A stretch of 44,358 nucleotides of DNA from a virus (Duplodnaviria; Caudoviricetes): positions 1 through 44,358 of IMG/VR virus record IMGVR_UViG_3300048857_000049, one strand, 5' to 3'. Under the pieces are notes generated by a model that worked only from the letters and a program-made list of their open reading frames with translations, had not been told where the DNA came from and did no database searches. Below are positions 8,571 through 18,097 of the stretch, piece by piece. Numbering within the stretch: the first letter of the stretch is position 1; every line of letters starts with the position of its first letter. A program made the translations under genes and the position numbers.

Positions 8571-9841
8571 CGGGCCTCCATCTGCGGTGCCAGCTCGAGG
8601 TCGACGAACTCACCGAGCCCGCCAGAGATGTTCAGCAGCCGCGACCGATGGAACCCCTCGGACAGCAGCAGCCCCAACAGCGGATGCGACTGAGGCACCC
8701 ACACCTTCGCCCAGTCACCCGGGCGATACTGCCCGAGCTGCGCACCAGCCGGATTCCCGTTCGCGTCCGTAGGAGTCGCCAGAGCCGACATCTTCCACGT
8801 CTGCCAGGGCCGCAACGAAGCGGACAGGTTGCCCTCCGCCCAACGGTCGAGCGTCGCCTGCTCCTCGACCGTGGATCGCGAGTCGGCCCGCTCAAGCAGC
8901 GGGAACCCGACCGTGCGCAGGTCCAGAGCGCCGATCTGCCCAGCCGTGCGGCGGGACATCAGCAACGCCTCATCCGACCCGGCCCCCGTCACCCACGACT
9001 GCTGGGCCATCGCCGTCGCATCCCGCGACACAGACAGCCCGGACACGCCGCCCCGGGGAACGCGGCTGTCCCACACCCAGTCCGCGCCGTCCTGGTGCAG
9101 AAGCGGATCCGCGACCGTCCCCGAACGCATCACCCACTCCACGCCCATACGGTCCGCAGTCAGCCGCGGCTCAAAGGCGATATCCGGTCCGTTGATGACG
9201 TTCGACAGATCATCGATCCGCGACAGGACCGTCGCGAGGTCGCTGCCCCGGTAGGTGCGGGTCGTGCCAGGCGACGCCTCGTCCGCCTGGAACACGATCG
9301 GGAGCTCACCGCCCGACAGCGTCTCCGTGAGCTGCACCAGCCGCTTCGCGATGGTCCCGAGGGACCAGTTCGTCCACGTCTGCGCCCACTGCGCGTAGTT
9401 CGCGGTGATGTTCCCCATCACGTACCGGTGCTCGAACAGCGACCGCATGCCGCGCGCGGTTACCGTCAGAACTCCGCCGTACGGGTACTCCCAGCCCCAG
9501 ATCGGGCCAGCCTCGATGACCGTGCCCCCCTCAAGCACAGCGAGGAAGCAACGGGCCGGCTCGATCGCGCTCAGGAACTCCGCCCGCAGCCCATCACCAG
9601 GCCGCCACACAGGTGTAGCAGCCTCCGGGAACGTCACGTCCGACGGGAACACGCCCGCGCTCGGGTACAGCCCCCCGACGAAGGACCGCTCAAGCGCACG
9701 GAACTCGTCCGCGTCCAGCGGGATGTCGACCGAGATATCTCCCGTGCCGCGGTGCTTCACCGACCACGAAGCGCCCGAGACGGGGATCTGCGTGATCCGC
9801 CGACCGGTTCGAACTTCGCCGACCAGGATGGACCGAGTCAC
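8567..9841 (-). CDS. Minor tail / baseplate hub protein (siphovirus Gp37-like)
   Basis: Position after Dit; EAGPIW, VINGPDIAFEPR and VTGAGSDE motifs typical of actinophage hub proteins. Confidence 0.75.
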   Translation of the reverse strand: MTRSILVGEVRTGRRITQIPVSGASWSVKHRGTGDISVDIPLDADEFRALERSFVGGLYPSAGVFPSDVTFPEAATPVWRPGDGLRAEFLSAIEPARCFLAVLEGGTVIEAGPIWGWEYPYGGVLTVTARGMRSLFEHRYVMGNITANYAQWAQTWTNWSLGTIAKRLVQLTETLSGGELPIVFQADEASPGTTRTYRGSDLATVLSRIDDLSNVINGPDIAFEPRLTADRMGVEWVMRSGTVADPLLHQDGADWVWDSRVPRGGVSGLSVSRDATAMAQQSWVTGAGSDEALLMSRRTAGQIGALDLRTVGFPLLERADSRSTVEEQATLDRWAEGNLSASLRPWQTWKMSALATPTDANGNPAGAQLGQYRPGDWAKVWVPQSHPLLGLLLSEGFHRSRLLNISGGLGEFVDLELAPQMEAR

Positions 9842-9853
9842 TAGGCCCGCCCC

Positions 9854-10753
9854 TCAGCCCGCGTAGTAGGACGACGACACCTGGTGGTAGACGTACTGCC
9901 CATCGGTGCCAACGACCACCTGGCTCCCGCCAGCAAGCACAACCAGGCCGAGGGCGGTCTGGGTGTTGGCAGGCAAGAGGAACTTGTACCCGCCAGACAC
10001 GCCCGTCGCAGCAGACAGGCCCTTGACCTTGCGGATCGAAGAACCGTCCTTCCACACCTGCACCTCGGCGCCACTACCCGCGGCGGCAGTCACCCCGAAC
10101 ACGCCCTCAACCACGCGCGGATACGCGACCGCCGGGATGACGACGTTCTGCGTAACTCCCGCCTGAGCGCCTGCGTTGATCGTCGTCGCCGAAGACAGCG
10201 CCGGGTCCAGGTGCATCAGGGTCGAGCCCTTAAGGGCCGATCGCCTAACCGTCTGCGCGATCGTGTTCCCCGCGCTGGCCGTGGATGTCGCCGAGGACTG
10301 CATCGTGTTCCGAGCGAGCTCGAGCGCTCCGGGCGGAATCGCAGGAGCCAGACCCGGCGTCCCAGGGTTACCCACCGCAACGGCCACCGTCGGCTGCGAC
10401 GTCGTGTCCGAGTTCTCACCGTTCGACGGGTGGAACGCGTAGATGATGTCGACCCGCGACAGCCCCGAGCCCGGGGCGACCGGAACCGTCGTCCCTACGC
10501 CGCCCGAGCCGACCGTGATCGCGCCGTCGTTACCCCACAGGTGCACACCGTCGCCCGCGCCACGCGACGTTACCCACTGCGCCGCGCCCACCGAGTACGC
10601 CATGCCAGACGTGCCCGTCACCAACGGTGCAGCACCACCGGCGAGCACCCCAGGACCCGAGAACAGCCCAGCGAGATCCTTGCGGGTGTCGAGCGGCTCC
10701 GTACCCGTGTTGTCCGAGTCCAGACCCGCACCGATGCTCCTGAACAACGCCAT
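9854..10753 (-). CDS. Minor tail protein
   Basis: APGSGLSRVDIIY..GNPGTPGLAPAIPPGALELA motif common in actinophage minor tail proteins. Confidence 0.8.
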   Translation of the reverse strand: MALFRSIGAGLDSDNTGTEPLDTRKDLAGLFSGPGVLAGGAAPLVTGTSGMAYSVGAAQWVTSRGAGDGVHLWGNDGAITVGSGGVGTTVPVAPGSGLSRVDIIYAFHPSNGENSDTTSQPTVAVAVGNPGTPGLAPAIPPGALELARNTMQSSATSTASAGNTIAQTVRRSALKGSTLMHLDPALSSATTINAGAQAGVTQNVVIPAVAYPRVVEGVFGVTAAAGSGAEVQVWKDGSSIRKVKGLSAATGVSGGYKFLLPANTQTALGLVVLAGGSQVVVGTDGQYVYHQVSSSYYAG

Positions 10754-10766
10754 CAGTCTCTCCTCA

Positions 10767-11633
10767 TCACCAGAACGCGGGACGGACAGACGCCGTCAGA
10801 ACAGCAGCCGAAGAAGCACCAAGCGGGATGAACGCGAACTCCGACGACCCGGCAGCCGGGATCGGCGCCCAGTCGCGCCACGTCAACAGGCCCCCCCGAT
10901 CCGCAGACCCATCGATCACGGCCGTACCCGTAGCTGCATCCAGCACCAGGCTCGAACCGGCGGGCACGCCGCCCTCGAACCGCAGGCGCGCACCCGAACC
11001 AACCGTGACGATCTCGAAGCCGGCGGCAGACACAGGCCCATCCACGTTGAACTGAGGCCACGACGCCGCCGTCCCCGGATTCGCCAGCACCATCCGGCCC
11101 GTGTCCGAAGGGGGCCCGTAATCGAGCGCACCGACGTTCCCGCCCGCAAGGTTCGAGTACAGCGGGAAACGGAGCCCCCCAGCACGCCGTGGGAACGACG
11201 TGTACACACTCGACACCTGCCCGTACCGCAGGGGGTCCGGAGCCCAGAACTGCAGGGCGGCGCGGACGGCTCGCGAGCTCGGAGCCCAGGTAATCAGCGG
11301 CTGGCCGCCGATCCGGACCCGGGCCGATAGTTCGGCGCCCGATGGATCTCGGATGACGAGATCGTCGAACTCTCCATCAGCGAGGAGTGACGCCAACCAG
11401 CGCTGCGCCTGACCGGCCTGCCCAGGCGAATCAACCAGCACCGACACCGAGGCGTCGATCAGGCGCGATCCCCTCCACGCACGCAGGCCGAAAGAGCCAT
11501 GCGCCTGGGGGTGGTCGCGGTCCTCGCCGCGCACGGGGGGGCCGTCGAACCAGCCGCCGAGCGATTCGAGGACCAGCCCTCCGGCCAGCGGGACGTCCGT
11601 GAACGTCTTCCCGCCGATGGTCAGGGAGATCAC
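10767..11633 (-). CDS. Distal tail protein (Dit-like)
   Basis: Directly after the tape measure gene with GTGA overlap; QFWAPDPLRYG and NPGTAASWP motifs. Confidence 0.8.
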   Translation of the reverse strand: MISLTIGGKTFTDVPLAGGLVLESLGGWFDGPPVRGEDRDHPQAHGSFGLRAWRGSRLIDASVSVLVDSPGQAGQAQRWLASLLADGEFDDLVIRDPSGAELSARVRIGGQPLITWAPSSRAVRAALQFWAPDPLRYGQVSSVYTSFPRRAGGLRFPLYSNLAGGNVGALDYGPPSDTGRMVLANPGTAASWPQFNVDGPVSAAGFEIVTVGSGARLRFEGGVPAGSSLVLDAATGTAVIDGSADRGGLLTWRDWAPIPAAGSSEFAFIPLGASSAAVLTASVRPAFW

Positions 11634-13711
11634 AGGCTCACCCCCACCAGAGCATTCGAGATGGCGCGTCCAGCCGAAGTCCCGATCTGCTCCTCCGACA
11701 TGCCCGGCTGCGGGTAGACGTTCTGATTCACGAGCGGGCCGGCGTAGGTGTTCGCCTCCGAGAAGCCGCGCGCGGAGGCCCGGGAAGCGGTCGAGATCGA
11801 CCCCCCGGCGCTGATCTCGTCCGTCACGCGGCCGAGCGTGGACCGCAGAGCGGGGATTTCCGCCTCGATGCCGTGGCGCAGGCCGTCCATGATCCAACCG
11901 CCGGCCGGGACCAGGAGCTTGAGGTCATACGCCTTCGGGCCCTTGTGGTCGGCGATCCACGAGCCGATGCCGCCGACGAAGTCCTTGACGTCCTCGAACC
12001 CCTTGGTGAGGCCGCGCAGGAACCCGGACAGGATGTTCTTGCCGGCGTCGAGCAGAAGGTCCTTGACGTTCCCGAGGGCGTCGAGGATCCGCCCTGGCAC
12101 GCCGCGCACGAAGTCGACGACCGCGTTGAACCCGTTGACCGCGCCCTCCTTGATGGCTCCCCAGTGCTGGATGAGCAGCCCGGGCAGGGTCCAGTTGAGG
12201 AAGAAGCTCAGGATCCGGCCCGGGACCCCGCTGATCCACGACACGACGGCGTTCCACGCCGACTCGACGCCGGAGCGGATCGACGACCACAGCCCCGTGA
12301 AGTAGGAAGCGATCGCGTTCCACGCCGAGCTGATGCCCGACGTGATCGACGCCCACACCCCAGCGAGCCAGTCGACGATGCCGCCCCATACGTCCTTGAG
12401 CCACGCGACGACCGTGTCCCAGTTCGCGATGAGCAGGACCAGGCCAGCGATCAGAGCGGCGATCCCGACGATGATCCACGTCACCGGGGACGCCAGCATC
12501 GCGGAGTTCATCGCCCACTGCGCCGCGGCGGCGATCCCGAGCGCGACCGCGAGGACGCCGAGGCCGATCGCCACGGCCTTCACCGTGCCGGGGTTCTCGG
12601 CCATCCACTGGCCGAACGACTCGAGGTAGGGCATCACCTTCGACAGTGAGTCGCCTAGGGTCGCGAACACCGCGGAGCCGATGGGTTCGAGCGCGGCCTG
12701 CGCCTGGTTCTTGACGATCTGCCACTTCTCGGCGAAGTCCTGCGTCTCCTCGCCGACACCGAGGATTGTGTCGGAGGTCGCGCCGACCCCGCCAACGAGG
12801 TCGTCGAGGGCGACCGTCCCGGACTGGACGGCGCCGACGAACTGGTTCGCCGCCCGGGTGCCGAAGATGCCCGATGCCAGGTCGATCGCGCCGGCCGTGT
12901 CGCCCGAAGCGATGAGTCCCTCGATCTCCCCGGTGACGCGTCGGAACGCCTCCTGGGGCTCCTCGCCGTCCTTCGCGAGGGTGACGAGCCCCTTGCCCAT
13001 GGCGGACAGGGTCGCCGTCGAGTCCAGACCGGCCTTGTCGAGCGTGCCGACCAGCGACGCGGTCTCCTCGAACGAGAACCCGAGGTTCTGCATCGCGGGC
13101 GCGTTCGCCTGCACCGAGGACGCCAGCTCGTTCATGCCGACGCCGGTCGCCTGGGAGATCTGGAACAGCGTGTCCATCGCCCCGGACACAGCGTCGCCCT
13201 CGATCTTGAACGCCGAGAACGCGGCCGTGGTCGTCGCGATGTCGACTTCCTGCCCGAGGATCCGCCCGGCCTCGAGGTACTGGGAAGCGACGGTCTGCAG
13301 GGTTTCCCCGGACAGGCCGAGGCGCGTGTTCAGGTCGGCGACGACCGGGCCGATCGCGTCGAACTGTGCCGGCACCGTCTTACCGACGTTCGTCGCAACG
13401 TCCACCAGCCCGTTGAGGGCATCGCCCTGAGCGCCGGTGCCCACGCGGATCGTGTCGGTCAGGTCATCGAAGGTGTTCCCGACCTCGTACAGGCCCTTGA
13501 ACGCCCCGACGACGGCTGCGCCGACGCCGGCGGCCAGCAGCGCCTTGCCCCACGCGCCGCCGAACCGCTTGCCCGCGCCCTCGCCGGCCTGGTCGCCCGC
13601 CGACTCGGCGGCAGGGATGAGCAGGTTGGTGAGGTTCTTCTCCGCGCCCTGCATCGAGGGCACCAGGGAGATGTACCCGGTAACAAGCTCCACGGCACCG
13701 GCCACGGGCAC
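11630..13711 (-). CDS. Tape measure protein
   Basis: Ala/Gly-rich helical protein with TM segments and Trp-spaced repeats; ELVTGYISLVPS N-terminus; DHKGP motif; follows the chaperones. Confidence 0.92.
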   Translation of the reverse strand: MPVAGAVELVTGYISLVPSMQGAEKNLTNLLIPAAESAGDQAGEGAGKRFGGAWGKALLAAGVGAAVVGAFKGLYEVGNTFDDLTDTIRVGTGAQGDALNGLVDVATNVGKTVPAQFDAIGPVVADLNTRLGLSGETLQTVASQYLEAGRILGQEVDIATTTAAFSAFKIEGDAVSGAMDTLFQISQATGVGMNELASSVQANAPAMQNLGFSFEETASLVGTLDKAGLDSTATLSAMGKGLVTLAKDGEEPQEAFRRVTGEIEGLIASGDTAGAIDLASGIFGTRAANQFVGAVQSGTVALDDLVGGVGATSDTILGVGEETQDFAEKWQIVKNQAQAALEPIGSAVFATLGDSLSKVMPYLESFGQWMAENPGTVKAVAIGLGVLAVALGIAAAAQWAMNSAMLASPVTWIIVGIAALIAGLVLLIANWDTVVAWLKDVWGGIVDWLAGVWASITSGISSAWNAIASYFTGLWSSIRSGVESAWNAVVSWISGVPGRILSFFLNWTLPGLLIQHWGAIKEGAVNGFNAVVDFVRGVPGRILDALGNVKDLLLDAGKNILSGFLRGLTKGFEDVKDFVGGIGSWIADHKGPKAYDLKLLVPAGGWIMDGLRHGIEAEIPALRSTLGRVTDEISAGGSISTASRASARGFSEANTYAGPLVNQNVYPQPGMSEEQIGTSAGRAISNALVGVSL

Positions 13712-13726
13712 ACCTCCCTGGTGTCG

Positions 13727-14355
13727 TCATGCGGCCTCGGCGGCGGCGATCCACGCCTCGAGGTCCGCGATCGGCAACGGCTCCGCGCCGATGCGTTGGG
13801 TCTTGCTCTGCTTCCCCGGACGGGGCAGCGGCTTCGGGCGTGGCGCGCCCTTCTTGCCCTGGCGTTGCCAGTTCGCGACCGCGAGCTCGTCTACCGCGGC
13901 AGCGACAAGGTGGTCCGTCAGGCCCCACAGCGCGTCCTCTCCGTGCATCGCACGGGCGAGAGAGGATTCACGAGGGGCCTGCTTCACGATGACCAGCAGG
14001 TCCCGCCACGACAGGCGGCGCGTGCCGAGCCAATCGAGGCGCAACCCAAGGGCGATGAGGTCGTACTCGACGGCCTCCTGGTGCTCATCGAGGAGCGTCA
14101 GGAGGCGGGCGATTCCCCCGCCGTCACGCCCGAGTCGGACTGCCAGGCCTTGACGAAGTCGTTCAGCTCCTCGGACGTGAGCTGGTCGACCACGGCCAGC
14201 GCCTTCTCGTCCTTGAACGACTCGAGGGCGGTGAAGATCTGGTCAGCCTGCGAGGACCGACGCGTCGCGCGGATCACACCCGCCGGGACGTGCTTGAACT
14301 TCGGGATGACGATCTCGCCGTAGGGCGTCTTGTGGTGGAACTTCTCCATAGCCAT
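13727..14355 (-). CDS. Tail assembly chaperone, -1 frameshift product (gpGT-like)
   Basis: The -1 frame after GGGGGAA reads GIARLLTLLDEHQEAVEYDLIALGLRLDW..RPKPLPRPG and is open to 13727. Confidence 0.85.
14098..14355 (-). CDS. Tail assembly chaperone (gpG-like)
   Basis: Between major tail and tape measure genes; ends WQSDSGVTAGESPAS over a slippery site. Confidence 0.85.
   Translation of the reverse strand: MAMEKFHHKTPYGEIVIPKFKHVPAGVIRATRRSSQADQIFTALESFKDEKALAVVDQLTSEELNDFVKAWQSDSGVTAGESPAS
14113..14119 (-). other. Programmed -1 frameshift slippery site GGGGGAA
   Basis: G GGG GAA three sense codons before the gpG stop; the same heptamer is used by mycobacteriophage tail chaperones. Confidence 0.85.
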
Positions 14356-14400
14356 GTTCGCGGAGACCTCTCGTGATGCGAGCGCGGAGACACAAGAAGG

Positions 14401-14444
14401 CACCCCGGCCGGGCCGGTCTCCGCGTGAGAACCCGGCCGGGGTG
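14401..14444 (-). terminator. 13-bp GC-rich hairpin after the major tail gene (terminator or attenuator)
   Basis: CACCCCGGCCGGG / CCCGGCCGGGGTG arms, 18-nt loop, followed by CCTTCTTGT on the minus strand. Confidence 0.7.
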
Positions 14445-14456
14445 GTCAGAGGGGGG

Positions 14457-15038
14457 TCAGGCGGCGAACTTCCCATCGTCCGTGAAGATGTAGATGGACT
14501 CGCCGTTGGCGTCCGGGTAGCAGGCCAGCGACACCGGCAGCGGGATCGGGTTCTGCTTGTTGAACACCATCTCGTCGACGTTGGTCACCTGACCGTTGGG
14601 GACGACGATGCGGATCAGGCTGTTGCCGTCCTTCATCTTGAAGACCCAGGACTTCGCCTCGGGCAGGTGCGACCCGATGCGCACGGCGATCTGCTCGCCG
14701 TGGGTCGCGGTCGCCGGCGTGACGGTGACGTTCTCGTCGCCGAACGCGTTGCGCAGCGAGTCGACGTCCCACTGGATGTGCGACCACGCGATCGTTCCGT
14801 TGAACGACTCGAGGAGCCGGCGGACGACGGAGCCCGACCAGTCGACGATGTCGTTGGTCGAGTACTCGGGGGTCAGGGAGATGCCGTCCTGCGACACGTA
14901 CCCGGAGCCGGTGAAGTCCTCGTGGATCGCGGTGCGCGCGTCTGCGGGGAGGGCCGTGCCGAGCGGTGCGGACAGGATCGCTCCGGTACCGACCTGATCC
15001 GGCGCACCGATCAGGACCTTGGTGGCATCCACTGCCAT
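14457..15038 (-). CDS. Major tail protein
   Basis: APLGTALP..GYVSQDGI..IVDWSG..YIFTDDG pattern; strong codon bias; GAAGGGG RBS. Confidence 0.9.
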   Translation of the reverse strand: MAVDATKVLIGAPDQVGTGAILSAPLGTALPADARTAIHEDFTGSGYVSQDGISLTPEYSTNDIVDWSGSVVRRLLESFNGTIAWSHIQWDVDSLRNAFGDENVTVTPATATHGEQIAVRIGSHLPEAKSWVFKMKDGNSLIRIVVPNGQVTNVDEMVFNKQNPIPLPVSLACYPDANGESIYIFTDDGKFAA

Positions 15039-15090
15039 GATGTGTGCCCCTTCCAGGCGGTTTGCGGAGACCGTGGGAGGGTGAGGTCGG

Positions 15091-15492
15091 TCAGGAGACC
15101 GCGCCTCGTACCGCGACCTGGAAGATCGCGGAGTAGCGGTGCTGCTTCGGGTTCAGCGGGTCCGGGTTCAGGTACGGCCCGGAGATCTCCACGACCTCGT
15201 ACACGCGATGCGTGCCCATCCACCCGTCGCGCTCGGCCGCACCCATGTGCGCCCTGACACCGCGGGCCAGGTCCAGCGCAGCGGACTCGCTCGCGCCTGC
15301 CCGGCAGTCGACAGACAGTGTCGCCATGTCGGTGACGAGGTCACGGGCCACACCCCCGGTGCGGACCACGGCCACGGAGCGAGCGGGAAACGTAGTGGGC
15401 GTCGTGCCGGCGAAAGCCGGGACACCGAGGGCGGCACCGAGGTAGGACCGCACCACATCTTCGACGTCCGGGAACGTGATGAGCTCAGCCAC
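15091..15492 (-). CDS. Tail terminator protein
   Basis: FPDVE..VVRTGG..SGPYLNPDP motifs; directly upstream of the major tail gene. Confidence 0.8.
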   Translation of the reverse strand: MAELITFPDVEDVVRSYLGAALGVPAFAGTTPTTFPARSVAVVRTGGVARDLVTDMATLSVDCRAGASESAALDLARGVRAHMGAAERDGWMGTHRVYEVVEISGPYLNPDPLNPKQHRYSAIFQVAVRGAVS

Positions 15493-15736
15493 GGCCAGCG
15501 TCCAGTGCCTTGGTAAGGGACTTGTCTGTCGCCTCGGCCTTGCGAGCTTCGTACGTCTCGGTCCGAACGGACGCGCGGGCGCGGTGTGCACCCACCTGGG
15601 TGTTCACCTCGTTGCCGTCGCCGGCAGTCGCGGCGATGCGCTCAGCGCGCGCTCGAAGGTCTGCCTGCACCTCGGGGGACTTGCGGACCGCATCGAAGGC
15701 TGCGTAGTTGAATTCCAGGCGGACCTTCGTCGCCAT
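15485..15736 (-). CDS. Neck / tail completion protein
   Basis: KSPEVQADLRARAERIA..RARASV motif; GGGAGG RBS; position. Confidence 0.75.
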   Translation of the reverse strand: MATKVRLEFNYAAFDAVRKSPEVQADLRARAERIAATAGDGNEVNTQVGAHRARASVRTETYEARKAEATDKSLTKALDAGRG

Positions 15737-15737
15737 G

Positions 15738-16079
15738 TCAGCCCTCCCAGTCGATGAGGTACAGCTGCAGGTGCGACAAGGCTCCCGTGGGGGACTTCCA
15801 CCGCATCGGCTCGCCGTCGATCGCGTACCGGTGGCCCTCGTAATCCACGGCGTCCTGGGCGCGGAGGTCAGCACCGGGCGGCGCCCACACTGTCCACCGG
15901 ATAATGACGTTCTGCCGGGCTGCGATGTCCTCGGTGGACGCACCCGGCTGCACCTCGCACCCGGGGACGACGAGCGTCGCGGCGGGGTTGTCGTAGTCGG
16001 GGACCTGCTTCCCGCGCTCCTCCACCCAAGACGGGCGGACCGCGGTGATCGCCTCGGACGCGAACGACGGGAGCATCAC
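15738..16079 (-). CDS. Head-to-tail stopper
   Basis: VPGCEVQPG..VWAPPGADL..YAIDGEP motifs; position. Confidence 0.8.
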   Translation of the reverse strand: MMLPSFASEAITAVRPSWVEERGKQVPDYDNPAATLVVPGCEVQPGASTEDIAARQNVIIRWTVWAPPGADLRAQDAVDYEGHRYAIDGEPMRWKSPTGALSHLQLYLIDWEG

Positions 16080-16669
16080 GCCCCCTTGGGCAGTCGGTAC
16101 AGGTCCAGCACAGCGAGGTCCCGCTCGAGCAGGCTGATCCCGCCGGAAACGTTCGGGCCGGTCGAGGCCCACGAGATCGACACCTGCCCGGCCTGCTCAC
16201 GCGTCGCACCCATCGGGGAAGCGATCGCGTTCGCCACGACCTGCTGGACGATCTGGGCCACGTCAGGCGCCTCGTCGAAGCCGTGCTGCACCGTCGCTCG
16301 GATGCCGCGAAACTTGCTGGTCCACCGGGAACCACGTCGGCGCACCATCCCACGGTCAGACCACTCAAGGTCCGCAGGCTGCACGTCACGGGTGTCATCA
16401 GCGAACGACACGACGTCGACGAGGTGCAGCGTGGGCAACAGCACCAGCGGCCCACCCGGCCCGTCGAGGACGAGCTCTTCTTGCAGCACGGGGGCGATGT
16501 GCCACCCGCAGTACCGGCGGACCGCGGCGGACGCGCCCTTGAGCAGCACGTCCAGCCGCGGATCCGCCGCCGAGACCTTTCCGCCAGTCCCGGCAGCGAA
16601 CTCCTCCGCGGCGATGAAAGGGGGCAGCTGAAATGCGTCAGCCGCCGCGGGGACGATGAACGTAGCCAC
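16076..16669 (-). CDS. Head-to-tail adaptor
   Basis: ASAAVRRYCGWHIAP..LDGPGG..LPTL..HGF..VLDLYRL motifs. Confidence 0.85.
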   Translation of the reverse strand: MATFIVPAAADAFQLPPFIAAEEFAAGTGGKVSAADPRLDVLLKGASAAVRRYCGWHIAPVLQEELVLDGPGGPLVLLPTLHLVDVVSFADDTRDVQPADLEWSDRGMVRRRGSRWTSKFRGIRATVQHGFDEAPDVAQIVQQVVANAIASPMGATREQAGQVSISWASTGPNVSGGISLLERDLAVLDLYRLPKGA

Positions 16670-16684
16670 AGCCGCCCCCTCTCG

Positions 16685-16849
16685 TCACTTCTGGTCGGTG
16701 GCGGTTCGCGCCTTGTTCAGCGCGCTGACGCGCTGCTTCTGACCGGCCACCTCGGCCGCCTTGGCGGTGTCCGAGGTCAGGCCGAGGCGCTTCGCATCGT
16801 CGGCTCGGTACCGGACGCCGTTGACGACGACCATCTCGACGGCGCTCAT
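16685..16849 (-). CDS. 54-aa capsid-adjacent protein (MSAVEMVVVNGVRYRADDAKRLGL..NKAR)
   Basis: ORF below the track cut-off, translated by hand; fills the capsid-adaptor gap; DAKRLGL..NKAR pattern of small actinophage post-capsid genes. Confidence 0.75.
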   Translation of the reverse strand: MSAVEMVVVNGVRYRADDAKRLGLTSDTAKAAEVAGQKQRVSALNKARTATDQK

Positions 16850-16851
16850 GC

Positions 16852-18084
16852 TCACGCCGCCGTCAGGTCGGCCACGACGACCTCACGCGGGGCGTAGAAC
16901 AGCTGGCGCCCACGCATCTCGGCCCGGACGTACACCATGTTCCGCTGGGCGTAGTCCTTGTGCTGGTTGAACGCCAGCACGTTGAGCGGCTCGAGCTGCA
17001 GGAAGTTCACCGAGTCGAACCGGCCCACGAGGGCCGTGCCGGCGGTGATCTTGTTCGACCGCACCAGGGGGATGCCCCAGGGCGTCGGGATCGGACCCTG
17101 CTGCAGGGGGTTGCCCAGCAGGTAGTGGCCGTCGGAACCCTTGAGGAGTCGCAGGTTCCAGATGTCGACCGGGTTCATCACGATCGCCTGGGCGTCGGAG
17201 TCGCTGTTGCTCGCCTGGTACTTCTCGAGCGCGCGCGCGAGGGTGACCACGACGTCGGTGTCGAATGCCTGGGCGAGGGTGCCCGTGGTGTTCATGATGC
17301 CGAGCGGCTCCGTGCCCGCGCCGGTGCCGTTGAACAGCTTCTGCTCGACCACCCCGAGGACGTGGCGCCGGACCCGGGACTCCATGAACGCCGCCAGGGC
17401 GCCGTCGTCCGCGAGGGTCTGGTTGGTGATGTCGAAGCCGTCGGCGTAGGTGAACGCCTTCGACTCCTGCTTGTCCGTGGTCACGTCGGACAGCGGCTTG
17501 AGCTGGCCCTCGGCGACAACCGCGGCGTTGTTGGTCTCCGCGACGATCTGCGCGTACTCGGAGTACGCGACGTTCGTCGTGCCGGTGGTGATGAGGTCGA
17601 GGAACGTGAGCGGCTCGTCGACCGGCAGGTAGTTCCGGTAGCCGGGCTCGCGCTCGGTGCGGATCTGACCCGTGGCGGAGTCGATCGTCGCCTTGCGGCC
17701 GATGCCGAGCTCGTTCACCCCGCCCAGGCCCTTGGCCTCGATGCGGATCGGGGTGCCGGAGTCGGTGCCGGTCGGGTGCGCCTTGCGGAAGGCCTTGAAA
17801 CCGTCCGACTCGACGAACGCCCGCCCGATGTTGCCGGCCTTGGCGGGGGCCTCCGGGCCCGACTCGCCCTCGGGCACGTCGGCCGGGGCGTCGGCGAGGC
17901 CGGACACCAGAGCGTGCGCCTTCTGCGCCTTCTCAAGCTGCTCGCCGAGCTGCTTGAACTCGGCAGCCTTGGCCTCGATGTCGGTGGACTCCTCGGGGGT
18001 GAGGTCGCGGTCCTCGGCCTTGGCCGCGTCGACCGTCTTCTGCATGGCAGCCTTCAGGGCCGCCATCTGCGCCTTGAGATTCAT
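16852..18084 (-). CDS. Major capsid protein, HK97 fold with N-terminal delta domain
   Basis: N-terminal coiled coil (AKAEDRDLT); VAEGQLKP, LFNGTG..PLGI, VMNPVD, RNMVYVRAEMR motifs. Confidence 0.95.
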   Translation of the reverse strand: MNLKAQMAALKAAMQKTVDAAKAEDRDLTPEESTDIEAKAAEFKQLGEQLEKAQKAHALVSGLADAPADVPEGESGPEAPAKAGNIGRAFVESDGFKAFRKAHPTGTDSGTPIRIEAKGLGGVNELGIGRKATIDSATGQIRTEREPGYRNYLPVDEPLTFLDLITTGTTNVAYSEYAQIVAETNNAAVVAEGQLKPLSDVTTDKQESKAFTYADGFDITNQTLADDGALAAFMESRVRRHVLGVVEQKLFNGTGAGTEPLGIMNTTGTLAQAFDTDVVVTLARALEKYQASNSDSDAQAIVMNPVDIWNLRLLKGSDGHYLLGNPLQQGPIPTPWGIPLVRSNKITAGTALVGRFDSVNFLQLEPLNVLAFNQHKDYAQRNMVYVRAEMRGRQLFYAPREVVVADLTAA

Positions 18085-18097
18085 CGTGTTGCCTCTC

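Noticed and set aside
16685-16855. Capsid C-terminal extension by readthrough or frameshift
   Set aside because: No slippery sequence; the downstream ORF has its own ATG 2 nt after the capsid stop
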